Shown here piece by piece: positions 10,361 through 19,965 of a stretch of DNA of 64,000 nt (positions within the stretch are counted from its first letter, which is position 1; every line of letters starts with the position of its first letter). A program made the position numbers and the translations under genes. The notes under the pieces are model-generated. The model ran no database searches and had not been told where the DNA came from. It saw only the letters and a list, made by a program, of their open reading frames with translations. The stretch covers positions 44,680-108,679 of the forward strand of contig CAZFSV010000001.1 in NCBI GenBank assembly GCA_964522195.1, given 5' to 3'. The stretch is from an uncultured Candidatus Saccharibacteria bacterium (GTDB taxonomy: Bacteria > Patescibacteriota > Minisyncoccia > Phycocordibacterales > UBA9973).

Positions 10361-11419
10361 CTAAGGAAATAATTCTAGATACTTTTCTGGACCCCATGCT
10401 TTCAGTAGTTTTTTGAAGATTTCAATATCTCTATCTTTCAGGGGTTGGTCGTTAAAACCACCATATTGGTTAAGGATGTTTAATTCTCTTTGGGTTTTAT
10501 TTGGATTAGCTTTCCATTCTTTTAATACCCTATAAATCTTTTCGGCTTCAATCTTGGTGTGTTCTTTTAGTTGTTCTTTGATTTGATTTACCTCAATAAG
10601 CATTTGGGCTCCGTTTGGAGTTTCGTATTTATGAAGAAGATTTTCATAAGCATATTTATCCATTTCTTTTGTAGCCACAGGAATTCTTCTTATGTATTTA
10701 CTACTACTGCCATTTGGTAGTAAAAATTCATACTGGCGATATTCGACACCTTCTTCATCTGTGTGAGATGCCCATTCTCTAGCAAAGCCGTTATCTATAT
10801 GATCTTTCATTGCTAGATTTAAGAACTTTTCTTTTCCTTTGGCATCAGAAGCTTCCCAACATTCACAAATTAATTGAGCTCTCATCCAGATAAAGCTCGA
10901 GTGAGCTTTGTTGTCCATTAATAATTCCCAAGCTTTTTTACTTAATTCTTTATCATCACTAATTATTGCCTGTTGAATCATTTTGTATTTATCTTCATAA
11001 GTCATAGCTGAAAACTTTCTGATTGTTTCAATTGCTTTTTCTCCTTCATCTCTAGTTTTCTTTACAAACCTTTCTATCTCAGCAAAAATTCTTTCATTCT
11101 TTTCTTTCTTTTGATCAATTTCAGCTTTTCTATAAAAAATAGTTCCTGTGTCATTAGCTAAATACATCAATGCATCTGGTTTGTAGTCCTTTATTTCTTG
11201 AGCGTAGTATTCACTACCAAAGAAGATGATAATAAATGGATTTATTTCTTCAATTTTAGATTTCCAATTGGTTGGAGTTTGGTTAGAGTAATATACATTT
11301 CCTAAATCATACTTGGAAATTAAATCCTTGTAATAACTATTATCTCTAAGTTCCTTAGCTTTTCTGTTCGCCATTTCAGTCAAAGGAACATATCCTATTA
11401 TTAAAGTATTTATTTCCAT
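10361..11419 (-). CDS. Hypothetical protein (352 aa)
   Basis: Long ORF 2 bp downstream of the VRR-NUC gene; no family recognised. Confidence 0.75.
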   Translation of the reverse strand: MEINTLIIGYVPLTEMANRKAKELRDNSYYKDLISKYDLGNVYYSNQTPTNWKSKIEEINPFIIIFFGSEYYAQEIKDYKPDALMYLANDTGTIFYRKAEIDQKKEKNERIFAEIERFVKKTRDEGEKAIETIRKFSAMTYEDKYKMIQQAIISDDKELSKKAWELLMDNKAHSSFIWMRAQLICECWEASDAKGKEKFLNLAMKDHIDNGFAREWASHTDEEGVEYRQYEFLLPNGSSSKYIRRIPVATKEMDKYAYENLLHKYETPNGAQMLIEVNQIKEQLKEHTKIEAEKIYRVLKEWKANPNKTQRELNILNQYGGFNDQPLKDRDIEIFKKLLKAWGPEKYLELFP

Positions 11420-11421
11420 AT

Positions 11422-11934
11422 TTATTTAATATCCCATTCAAACAAAATAAAGTTCTCTGGTAGTAAACCTTCTTTCAAAGATTCTTCAAGCCAGAGTATT
11501 TGTGTGTCTTGAATTTTATCTTTCTTTTTTCTTTTGAGTTCTATAAAAAGTATTTGACTATCTTTCCAAACAAGCACATCCCAACAGCCACCAGATTTCC
11601 CAGTTTTCTCTTTTATCTTATTTATCAAATCTTCTTTATCTTTAGGTATTTCTATTGGTTCAACAACTTTAGGTAAACCAATTCTGTATTTTCTTCTGTA
11701 TGAATCCACCCAAACACCGCTCCAACCATTTTCTTCAAAAATACGTAAAACAGCGAGCTCTGCAAAAAGAGGCTCGCTGTTATAATCAATCACGGCTTTA
11801 TTGCCATAAGTATAATCTATGGGTTTTCCTTTCCATTCGTTGAATTCAAAAAAGTATTTCTGAATTGGTATTTGTTTTTTATCTGACAATAAAAATATTT
11901 CATCATCAGTTTGATGTTTTTTAAGAAATTGCAT
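11422..11934 (-). CDS. VRR-NUC (FAN1-like) domain nuclease
   Basis: GCWDVLVW...FIELKRKKKDKIQDTQILWL. Confidence 0.8.
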   Translation of the reverse strand: MQFLKKHQTDDEIFLLSDKKQIPIQKYFFEFNEWKGKPIDYTYGNKAVIDYNSEPLFAELAVLRIFEENGWSGVWVDSYRRKYRIGLPKVVEPIEIPKDKEDLINKIKEKTGKSGGCWDVLVWKDSQILFIELKRKKKDKIQDTQILWLEESLKEGLLPENFILFEWDIK

Positions 11935-11936
11935 TG

Positions 11937-12092
11937 CACTCTAGCGGGTTAGTGCAGGCTAGGAACTTTTGTGTATCAAAAGGCTCCCAGCCATTGCGAT
12001 AGACCGAAGTCTACCCGTATAAGTTTCCCTATACGACCCGCTAGAGTGACTCTGACTGGGAGTCCTTTGATCTCTAGCGGGAGATTTGCGAC
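11937..12092 (-). promoter_or_regulatory. Structured 5' leader RNA with alternative pairings upstream of the VRR-NUC gene
   Basis: 13-bp perfect IR (11937-11949 / 12036-12048), a third copy at 12072-12081, a 19-bp IR and two small hairpins. Confidence 0.7.
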
Positions 12093-12528
12093 CATGCCTC
12101 AAATAAATAAGGTTTAGGTCTTCTATTCAATTGTTAATGAAATTATACCTTATTTTCAAAGGTCCTGCATCTTAGCTTAATCCTTGAGATTTGTGTAGTC
12201 ATTAAAAATCCATCTGTGGATAACTTTTGATTTTTTATTTACACACCTTTTTGTATTAAAACTAGGTCATCTTTCTTAAAAGAAAAATCACAAAAATTCT
12301 ATTTACACTACTGACAGAATTTCTGTGATTTTTTGTTTGCAATAAAAAATATGTGTGTATAAAATACAAATATAACTAAATTGTGAGATTTTAATATCCC
12401 TAAACTGTTTGAGTAAGATCGGTCGATGAAAAGATCAAACTCGGAAGTGGGATATTTTTATTTCAACTTCACTTAATTGAGAACTAAACTGACTACCTAA
12501 ATTGAATTAAAAGCTAATTCAAAATTTT

Positions 12529-13851
12529 ATGAATAAAAATTTAAATATCGTTTATGTTCCAATTAAAAAACTCAAATTATCCGAATACAATCCTCGCAAA
12601 CAAAGCGAAGAGCAAGTAAAAGCTCTCACAGAAAGTATTAGTAGATTTGGTCTTGTCGATCCTGTCGTTTGTAATAGTGCCCCTCAAAGGATGAATGTCC
12701 TAATAGGAGGGCATTTCAGATTGAGGGTTGCTAAAGATCTCGGGTACACAGAAATGCCAGTAGTGTATGTAAATATCTCAGACATTGAAAAGGAAAAGGA
12801 ATTAAATATAAGATTAAATAAAAATGTTGGAGAGTTTGATTATGCTTTGCTTCAAGATTTCAACGAAGAATTCTTGGCAGGGGTAGGTTTTACCAGTGAA
12901 GAATTAGACACTATCTTTGACATAGACCCCAATCCAGAACAATTCAATCTCAAGGAAGAGCTTGAGAAGATGGATATAAAAGTGAAGGTTCAGAAAGGAG
13001 ATATTTATGAGATAGATGGTTCATACCTTATGTGTGGAGATTCAACCATAGAAGCAGATATGCTCAAATTAATGGAAGGTGCTCAAGCAGATATGGTGTG
13101 CACTGACCCGCCATATATTCTTGACTATCTAAAAGGCAAAACCAAACAAAAAGACGGTGTAACTGTCGGCTTTGGTGCCAAGAAGAACAGAAGATATCTT
13201 GAAACCGAATCTTTGCCTGATAACTTTACTGATTTGTGGATGGCGAATGTGCATAAGGTTCAGAAACCTGATTTTTCAATCATCATATTTGAAAATCCAA
13301 AGAACTTACGAATCATTTGGAATGCTCTCGAGAAGTACTGGAAATATCGTAACACGATTGTGTGGCATGTGCCAAACAGAATGCAAGGTTTTTCTGCAAA
13401 GATGAAATTCTTTAACAAGCACGATATAGCATTAGTCGGTAGCACAGATAGCGTGACCATCAACCTCGAGCCAGAAGAAGAGATATTTCAGAATGAATAT
13501 GAGAATGCTCTCTTTGCTTCATCTGGCAAACCACATTGGGAATCTTATGGTAAAGGTAAAAAGATATGCCCAACGGACTTTATCGAACACATCGCCGCTG
13601 ATAAAAAATCCTCAGGACAAGATATTATCTTTGGAACAAAACCACTTGAACTTTTGATTCCATATATCAAGGTTCTAACTACACGAGGTCAATTAGTACT
13701 TGAGCCATTTGGAGGCTCTGGATCTACTCTTATAGCTTCTTTAAAGCTAGGTCGAAAATGCAGAATAATGGAAAAGTCTCCTGTCTATACAGAAGTGATT
13801 ATCAAAAGATGGGAAAAGCACACAGGCAAAAAGGTTACCAAAATTAATTAA
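12529..13851 (+). CDS. ParB-like N-terminal domain fused to N6/N4 DNA methyltransferase (phage-type)
   Basis: EYNPRK...SISRFGLVDP...GGHFRL; TDPPY; TKPLEL; EPFGGSGSTL. Confidence 0.9.
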   Translation: MNKNLNIVYVPIKKLKLSEYNPRKQSEEQVKALTESISRFGLVDPVVCNSAPQRMNVLIGGHFRLRVAKDLGYTEMPVVYVNISDIEKEKELNIRLNKNVGEFDYALLQDFNEEFLAGVGFTSEELDTIFDIDPNPEQFNLKEELEKMDIKVKVQKGDIYEIDGSYLMCGDSTIEADMLKLMEGAQADMVCTDPPYILDYLKGKTKQKDGVTVGFGAKKNRRYLETESLPDNFTDLWMANVHKVQKPDFSIIIFENPKNLRIIWNALEKYWKYRNTIVWHVPNRMQGFSAKMKFFNKHDIALVGSTDSVTINLEPEEEIFQNEYENALFASSGKPHWESYGKGKKICPTDFIEHIAADKKSSGQDIIFGTKPLELLIPYIKVLTTRGQLVLEPFGGSGSTLIASLKLGRKCRIMEKSPVYTEVIIKRWEKHTGKKVTKIN

Positions 13852-13859
13852 TCATCCAT

Positions 13860-14543
13860 ATGGCTAAAGACAAAACATCAAGACATGAATTGAAACGAAA
13901 CAGAGAACTAAAAGGAAATCTTGAATTAGCCAAGGGTAGTATATCCAGAGAGAGTAAATCTTTCTCTAGGTATGACCCTGATGAATTCATTACTAAAGGT
14001 AAACCAAACATACCCAAAGACATTCCAGAAAAAGAAAGAAAAAGATTAGAAAAACTTGCAGAAGAAACTGAGAAGAATAAAAAAGCTTTGGTATCACAAT
14101 TGCGAAAAACTCCCATAGCTCAGATAGCTTGTGAAAAGACTGGAATAGGCAGATCTACTTATTACAAATGGCGAGCAAATGACTTCATTTTTGCTCGTGT
14201 CGCTGATAAAGCGATGGATGCAGGTAGATTCTTCATCAATGATATGGCTGAATCAAAACTAATCAAACTCATTCAAGATAGTAATATGCAAGCCATTAGT
14301 TTATGGCTAAGACATAACCACCCTAGATACACATCTTTAGGTAGGATTATTAAAGACTTTGAAATTCTAACTGAAACTCTCTCAACAGAAGAGAAGAATG
14401 TTGCAGAACAAATGCTCTCAGAACTGGTGATGAATAAAGCAAAGTTAAACTATTCGAGCAAAGATTTGAAGGAGTATTACAACAAAGAAGAGAGTAAGAA
14501 TCCTGAAGATGAAAAAAGAATGCGGGGGTTTGATGAGGATTAA
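13860..14543 (+). CDS. HTH protein resembling phage terminase small subunits
   Basis: IAQIACEKTGIGRSTYYKW HTH; downstream of the ParB-MTase. Confidence 0.55.
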   Translation: MAKDKTSRHELKRNRELKGNLELAKGSISRESKSFSRYDPDEFITKGKPNIPKDIPEKERKRLEKLAEETEKNKKALVSQLRKTPIAQIACEKTGIGRSTYYKWRANDFIFARVADKAMDAGRFFINDMAESKLIKLIQDSNMQAISLWLRHNHPRYTSLGRIIKDFEILTETLSTEEKNVAEQMLSELVMNKAKLNYSSKDLKEYYNKEESKNPEDEKRMRGFDED

Positions 14544-14552
14544 TGGTTAACA

Positions 14553-14580
14553 AAAATACCAGCTACGGCTGGTATTTTTT
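14553..14580. terminator. Bidirectional terminator between convergent genes
   Basis: AAAAATACCAGC-tacg-GCTGGTATTTTT. Confidence 0.85.
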
Positions 14581-14595
14581 ATGATGGTTTAGGTT

Positions 14596-17500
14596 TTACC
14601 TTCGATATTTAAGTTTACGGTTGTCAAATGCCGGTAATGTTCCTTCAAGTATATCGACAACGTACTTATTGATTTTTGGATTTTCAATAGAACCCGAATA
14701 AAAATCGAAGTCGTTCTTATTCTTTTTGTCTATGTGTACGTGGATTATCTGTTCCGCGTCTGCCACAACTGCAAGATTTGGGTTGTGGGTGACCATAATA
14801 ATTTGACGACGCTTCTTTGCTTTTTTAAGAAATGTCACAAGGATTTCGTATACACTTTTGTTATCGAGGTTATCTTCCGGTTGGTCTATGACAAGTGGTA
14901 TATCCCGACGATCAAGCATTAGATAGAAGATAAGCAGAAGACCACCCCTTTCGCCCGGCGACAATTCACTAAGGTCTTTCTCATCGACTTTCAGGTCATA
15001 CTTAGTCTCCAAGTAATCGAATCCAAAAATATAATCATATAGATCGACGGGTTCCTTGCCTTGCTTCATCTGCTTGAACACACCACGAGCCTTATTTTCG
15101 TTAGCAGGTAGACCAACTCTTTTATCAGTATCGATATTGGCCGTCACGGAGTCGAGGAAAGACATTACCATTTTCTCATTCTGCCAATTGGTTACTTCCT
15201 CAACAATTCTTTTAAGCACACTTTTACCATCCTCTGTTCCGTAAAAACTACCTTTAACCGCCTGATTAACAAATCTAAAGAATTCATCGAAAAATGTTTT
15301 GTCGAAGCGAAGACTCGCTTCTATAGAGATGTCGTAGTCGCCTAACTCTTCGCTATATTTTTCAATTTCTCCGTCGATTGATTTTTTCACCGAGTCGTAG
15401 AAGGTAGCCAACGTCACCTTCTTGGCGAAGATTTCCTTGCTGACTCTTGTCCGTTCTTCCTTGGCAGTGGTCAGTTCCGCAGGGTAAGTTGATGTAATCG
15501 CAACAAGTTCCTTCGTAAGCCAGTTAAGCGTATCCGCGACTGGGGTTGTATCATCGCCAACCAATTCTTTCAGTTGATTTTCCCACTTTTCCTTATCTTT
15601 CAGATAGGCTTGGTATTCCTGATTCGGTTTATCAAGCCGGTCAACGATTTCTTTTCTCTGTTTAGACAACAGCGCCTGTTTGCAGACTAGGCTTTTTCCC
15701 AACGCAAGTTTCTTGTCAGCATCATTCAGACCTAATGTCTCAATATCGGCTTCAGTTTTGAGGAGTTCATTTATCTCGGCGAGTCGGTCCTCATTGGTTT
15801 TGACAAAATCATCGATTTTTTTGGAATCAAACGATACTGTGACAATGTCATCGAATTTTATGTCTGCAGCCGTAAGTTGCTCTCGGTATTTAGTCTTTAA
15901 ACCCGTAATACCCATGACTTGGCGAGAGATTGCCAGTTTTATTTGTCCAAAGTCCTGAACTTTCTTTGCAACGGACGCCTGCTCCGTCTTAATTGCAGTG
16001 ATTGATGTGGCTAACGTGGTCAATTCAGTTTCTATGGGCGTAATCTCAGACACACCTCCCGTCGCAACCTCAGTGGCTTGTGCTGGTTTTGGGGCGTCTT
16101 TTGGTTTCAGCTTGTTATGGGTATCTACCTCCTCTTCCTTGATCCGCTTCTTTTCCTCAATCGACTTCTTGTAATCAGGCGCGAGTTTTCGTTCAGCGGC
16201 AACAACCTTGTTGTTTGCCTCATGCAATGAGTCCTTAGCTAATTTTATATCCTCCTCTATCTGACTTGAGAGATAGGTGATGAGTTCCTCTAAGGTCGTC
16301 TTTTCAAATCGGTCCTTTTCTTCAACGTACCCAAAAATGACCTCATTTAATTTTCCCCTGAACTCATCATCTTCTATATTCGCACAAATCTTCTCAAGAT
16401 ATTTTTGGGGTAGGTACTCGACCTTTTCAGAAAGGGTTTTGTCGACTTCTGCATCCAGAAGGATTCCGTCCGGCTCTCCCGCATGCCAATGTAATTCACC
16501 AGAAAAATTCGAAGCGCACCGCCCTTTGAGAAATTTGTCTTTATTCAAGAAGGAGAATAATTCTTCGGATCGACCGTTCGTACCGTCATACTTCTGGTTA
16601 TGACTATTGCCAAACAACCCCACTATGTCCGTGACAGCACTTTTACCACTTCCTTTGTTACCAATGATGGCAACAAGTTCGGGATTCAGGTCGATCTTTT
16701 CGTCTTTAAACCATGTGCCGTGTTTTCCGTCGTACCCTTCAATCTGGTCAATATGTAGAGTTTTTATGTACTTAGTCTGATTGGTACGCACGCGATCCAA
16801 AATGCCAGGCTCATCTCCTATGAATATTCGTTCATCAGGTTCATACGTGATGTACTTGAGACCCTCAAACGTTAGGTCCGCCTTAACCCAGGTGATGTCT
16901 CTTTCTATCACGGTCAGATTTTCGGCGTCCGTTTTTATGATCCTTTTGCCAAGCGCATTTTCAAGATCATTAAAAGAGTGAGCGTCACTACCGCATGCGA
17001 CAGGCTTGGGTACCGAACCTTCGTAACGCTCACCGAGAAAGAAATCCTTATCATCAGCACGTCCGAAAAATACTGGGCAAACATCGTCTATAGTTTTCGC
17101 GTACTCCGTGTGTCTGCCCTCATGTTGCGGCGGGCGGATTCCACCGTAACCATTTGCTACACCAAAAACTAGAAAAACATCGCGATTTCCGAATGTCTTC
17201 TTTAGTGAGTTAAGAATTGCATCACTAGTAACAATTGCCTTATCATATCCGATGCGCGCCAAGTCAGTTTGTACGCATTTAGATTTTGAACCGTCTACAT
17301 TAACATTTCTTAGCTCAATACCGCTCAGAAATCTTTCGATTTCCTCTTTTGTTGCCTCATCTGAGAAAACAATGTGAATATTTATGTGATCGTTCTCTTT
17401 ATTTTTATCTTCAAGTCTAAATTCAATATTTGGAAAAAATATTTTCTTTGAATCTGGATATTTTGTCTTAAATTTTTCAATAAAAGTGAAGTAACCATCC

Positions 17501-17688
17501 GCAGAGAAATAATCGGTGATACCAAAGGCATATACATCAGATTCTTCCAACTTTCTACAATATTCATCCCACACGTCTTTACCAGAAGAAACAGCGTACT
17601 GGTCATTTAGTTTTGTGGTTGGTGGATGAATATGAAGATCCCACTTTCTCCATACTGAACCTATTCTAAACTCGTCTTTCTGAACCAT
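14596..17688 (-). CDS. PHP phosphoesterase + SMC/ABC ATPase fusion (TrlF/Ppl-like anti-phage protein)
   Basis: WRKWDLHIH, GITDY, GSDAH; GNKGSGKS Walker A; LSPGE signature; IDQPEDNLD; VTHNPNL. Confidence 0.88.
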   Translation of the reverse strand: MVQKDEFRIGSVWRKWDLHIHPPTTKLNDQYAVSSGKDVWDEYCRKLEESDVYAFGITDYFSADGYFTFIEKFKTKYPDSKKIFFPNIEFRLEDKNKENDHINIHIVFSDEATKEEIERFLSGIELRNVNVDGSKSKCVQTDLARIGYDKAIVTSDAILNSLKKTFGNRDVFLVFGVANGYGGIRPPQHEGRHTEYAKTIDDVCPVFFGRADDKDFFLGERYEGSVPKPVACGSDAHSFNDLENALGKRIIKTDAENLTVIERDITWVKADLTFEGLKYITYEPDERIFIGDEPGILDRVRTNQTKYIKTLHIDQIEGYDGKHGTWFKDEKIDLNPELVAIIGNKGSGKSAVTDIVGLFGNSHNQKYDGTNGRSEELFSFLNKDKFLKGRCASNFSGELHWHAGEPDGILLDAEVDKTLSEKVEYLPQKYLEKICANIEDDEFRGKLNEVIFGYVEEKDRFEKTTLEELITYLSSQIEEDIKLAKDSLHEANNKVVAAERKLAPDYKKSIEEKKRIKEEEVDTHNKLKPKDAPKPAQATEVATGGVSEITPIETELTTLATSITAIKTEQASVAKKVQDFGQIKLAISRQVMGITGLKTKYREQLTAADIKFDDIVTVSFDSKKIDDFVKTNEDRLAEINELLKTEADIETLGLNDADKKLALGKSLVCKQALLSKQRKEIVDRLDKPNQEYQAYLKDKEKWENQLKELVGDDTTPVADTLNWLTKELVAITSTYPAELTTAKEERTRVSKEIFAKKVTLATFYDSVKKSIDGEIEKYSEELGDYDISIEASLRFDKTFFDEFFRFVNQAVKGSFYGTEDGKSVLKRIVEEVTNWQNEKMVMSFLDSVTANIDTDKRVGLPANENKARGVFKQMKQGKEPVDLYDYIFGFDYLETKYDLKVDEKDLSELSPGERGGLLLIFYLMLDRRDIPLVIDQPEDNLDNKSVYEILVTFLKKAKKRRQIIMVTHNPNLAVVADAEQIIHVHIDKKNKNDFDFYSGSIENPKINKYVVDILEGTLPAFDNRKLKYRR

Positions 17689-17690
17689 GA

Positions 17691-19961
17691 TTATTTCAAT
17701 TCAAAAAATTCCCATCCTTTCATCGACGAGTCGAAAGAATATTTTGCGTTTTTGTTTATCTTCCATCCATTTGGCCCATCTTGGACAGCTATACCACCGG
17801 CAAAACCTTTTTTGCCCTTTAGCCATGCTTGAAGTGCCTCGGCTTTGTACTTTGTATCGTTGCTCTCCGCAGTAATTCCGCCTTTAGTATCAACAATGTA
17901 GAGAGTGTCTTTGGTCTGTACAATCCAGTCGGGATAGAAAAGTTTTTCCTTGTTTTCATCCTGATTGTAGTAAGAGATAGAGAAGTATTCGCTTCCCGAG
18001 TCGCCGTTTTTGTACCACCACACTACGCCCCTAGATGATTCGAGGAATTTTACAAACGCTTCCTCGTTAGTTCGTCCTGCATAATCTTTTTCTATCCAAA
18101 ACGGCTCCATAGCTGACTTCTTAACAGAAAGTGCTTCGTATTGATCAGTGAAGAACAAAGCTTCGCGTGGGATTTCAATATTCTCAACGCGCTTTGCGCG
18201 TGCAGATTTTTTGTTTACTTCTTGTTCACGAACAGGTCGATATTCAAGAAGTGCATCACCAATTACCGGAGCAAGTGCACCAGATGGACTCAAGAGATCG
18301 TTTACGATGATTTTATAGGCATCAATACGCTCCGCCTTAAGCTTATTCATTAGCCAAATATTTAAAGCTGTTTTCAGCTTTCCCCACGAACGCTCAGGAG
18401 CAAATTTTCTGTTCTCGTCTGTCTGTTTTGCAATAATTTTGAAGCAGAGGAGGTTATAGAGTCGCTCGAGATCGTGTCGAGACATTTCCTGCTCATGACT
18501 TCCTCCTTCTGCAAGAAGCTCCTTAGTAAAGTTGTCGTAATCATCAATTTCTACCCCAACGATCAAGCCGTTTGTGACTTTCGGCTTCAAATCCATTTTC
18601 TTTACATCTAGTTTTTTATCCGCAACTTTCTTGAATGTTTCTTGGAATGTATCGCCAAGGTCGTTATAGTCGGCACGAGTCATAAAGACCGATTCAAGCT
18701 TGATCGGCTTTATGTTTTTCTTGCGATAGCTTCCGTTTATTGCAGGGCGGTTTTCTGTCTTTGATTTTGCATACTCGGCAAGTACCTCGTTTCGCTTGTA
18801 GTTTGTATAGAGATAACCCAAATTAAGTTCAGGGTGTGCGAAATGCACGCCAAACGGCATTCGCAAGATGCGCCCTACAGTCTGAATTGCAAAAGTAGGA
18901 TTTTTGATTTCGCGGAACATCACAAGCACGCCCGCGCGCGGACAGTCCCAGCCAGTCGCGGCGGCTTGCTTGAAAAGCAAGAACGAAACCGGAGAATTAC
19001 TCTTTTCCAAGTCTTCAAGATTTTCCTTTTCTTTAGAAAGCCATACTGCAATTTCGTTTCCTTTTACACCCTTACGCTTTAGATATTCCAAAACAATTTG
19101 CTGTTTAGTTGTACCACCTGTTTCTTTTGTTGCTTGGTCGTCATTTGGTAGCTGTATCAGTACAAGCGGATTTACTTCTGCTTTTATTTCTTTATAGAGA
19201 GAAACGAGCTCCTCGCGCTTTGAATACGCAAGCTCTAAAAGCATTTCATCTTGATCAAGTTTCTTGATTGCTTTCTGACCCAAATCTTCCTCAGTTTGAA
19301 AAACAATTTTTTCCTTAATGAGTCCCGCTTCCACAACTTCAGCTCGCTTTACCTCGATATATCCGGCAACATCAGCACGGGTAGGGATGTATTTCGGCGT
19401 AGCCGACACGCGAATAGTGATTTTGGGTTTAACAACCCCATTTATAACTTCGTCCGCAAGTTCTGTATCAGAGCCAATATGCTCCTCGTCAATAATCACG
19501 ACAATTTTTCTTCCGTCCTCGTGGGTTTCGGCGATAAAATTATCAAAAGTTAGTCCTTGTTCATTATCTCGGCGAAGCTTTCGGCTATCTTTCGTCTTAC
19601 CTTTGATTTTTTGCCAGTTTATGAAAAAGACATTGTTCTTCTTTAGCTTTCCGCGCGAAAGATCGTTAAGATCAATCAAATCAAGCTCGGATGCTCCTCC
19701 ATAGTATTCAAAAAGTTTCTTTTTACTTTGTTCGTATGATTCTTCGCTAAACGAGAACCAAACAAATGCCACATCATTTCCCTCAAAACGAGGATCGCTC
19801 ACAATATCGCGTAAAAATTGCGCAAGCATGATTGTCTTACCCGAGCCAGTAGGCGATTTAAAGACGACGGGTGTATTTTCGTTCGGTAATTTCCACAGCG
19901 AAAGAAACTCATTTTTGAGATTCGATACTGCGGTTTCTTGAAATGGTTTTAGTGCAAACAT
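17691..19961 (-). CDS. res: Type III restriction enzyme Res subunit
   Basis: SPTGSGKT, IDEEH, GWDCPRA, QTVGRILR and C-terminal FYPDW...VDTKG nuclease. Confidence 0.9.
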   Translation of the reverse strand: MFALKPFQETAVSNLKNEFLSLWKLPNENTPVVFKSPTGSGKTIMLAQFLRDIVSDPRFEGNDVAFVWFSFSEESYEQSKKKLFEYYGGASELDLIDLNDLSRGKLKKNNVFFINWQKIKGKTKDSRKLRRDNEQGLTFDNFIAETHEDGRKIVVIIDEEHIGSDTELADEVINGVVKPKITIRVSATPKYIPTRADVAGYIEVKRAEVVEAGLIKEKIVFQTEEDLGQKAIKKLDQDEMLLELAYSKREELVSLYKEIKAEVNPLVLIQLPNDDQATKETGGTTKQQIVLEYLKRKGVKGNEIAVWLSKEKENLEDLEKSNSPVSFLLFKQAAATGWDCPRAGVLVMFREIKNPTFAIQTVGRILRMPFGVHFAHPELNLGYLYTNYKRNEVLAEYAKSKTENRPAINGSYRKKNIKPIKLESVFMTRADYNDLGDTFQETFKKVADKKLDVKKMDLKPKVTNGLIVGVEIDDYDNFTKELLAEGGSHEQEMSRHDLERLYNLLCFKIIAKQTDENRKFAPERSWGKLKTALNIWLMNKLKAERIDAYKIIVNDLLSPSGALAPVIGDALLEYRPVREQEVNKKSARAKRVENIEIPREALFFTDQYEALSVKKSAMEPFWIEKDYAGRTNEEAFVKFLESSRGVVWWYKNGDSGSEYFSISYYNQDENKEKLFYPDWIVQTKDTLYIVDTKGGITAESNDTKYKAEALQAWLKGKKGFAGGIAVQDGPNGWKINKNAKYSFDSSMKGWEFFELK

Positions 19962-19965
19962 AGTT

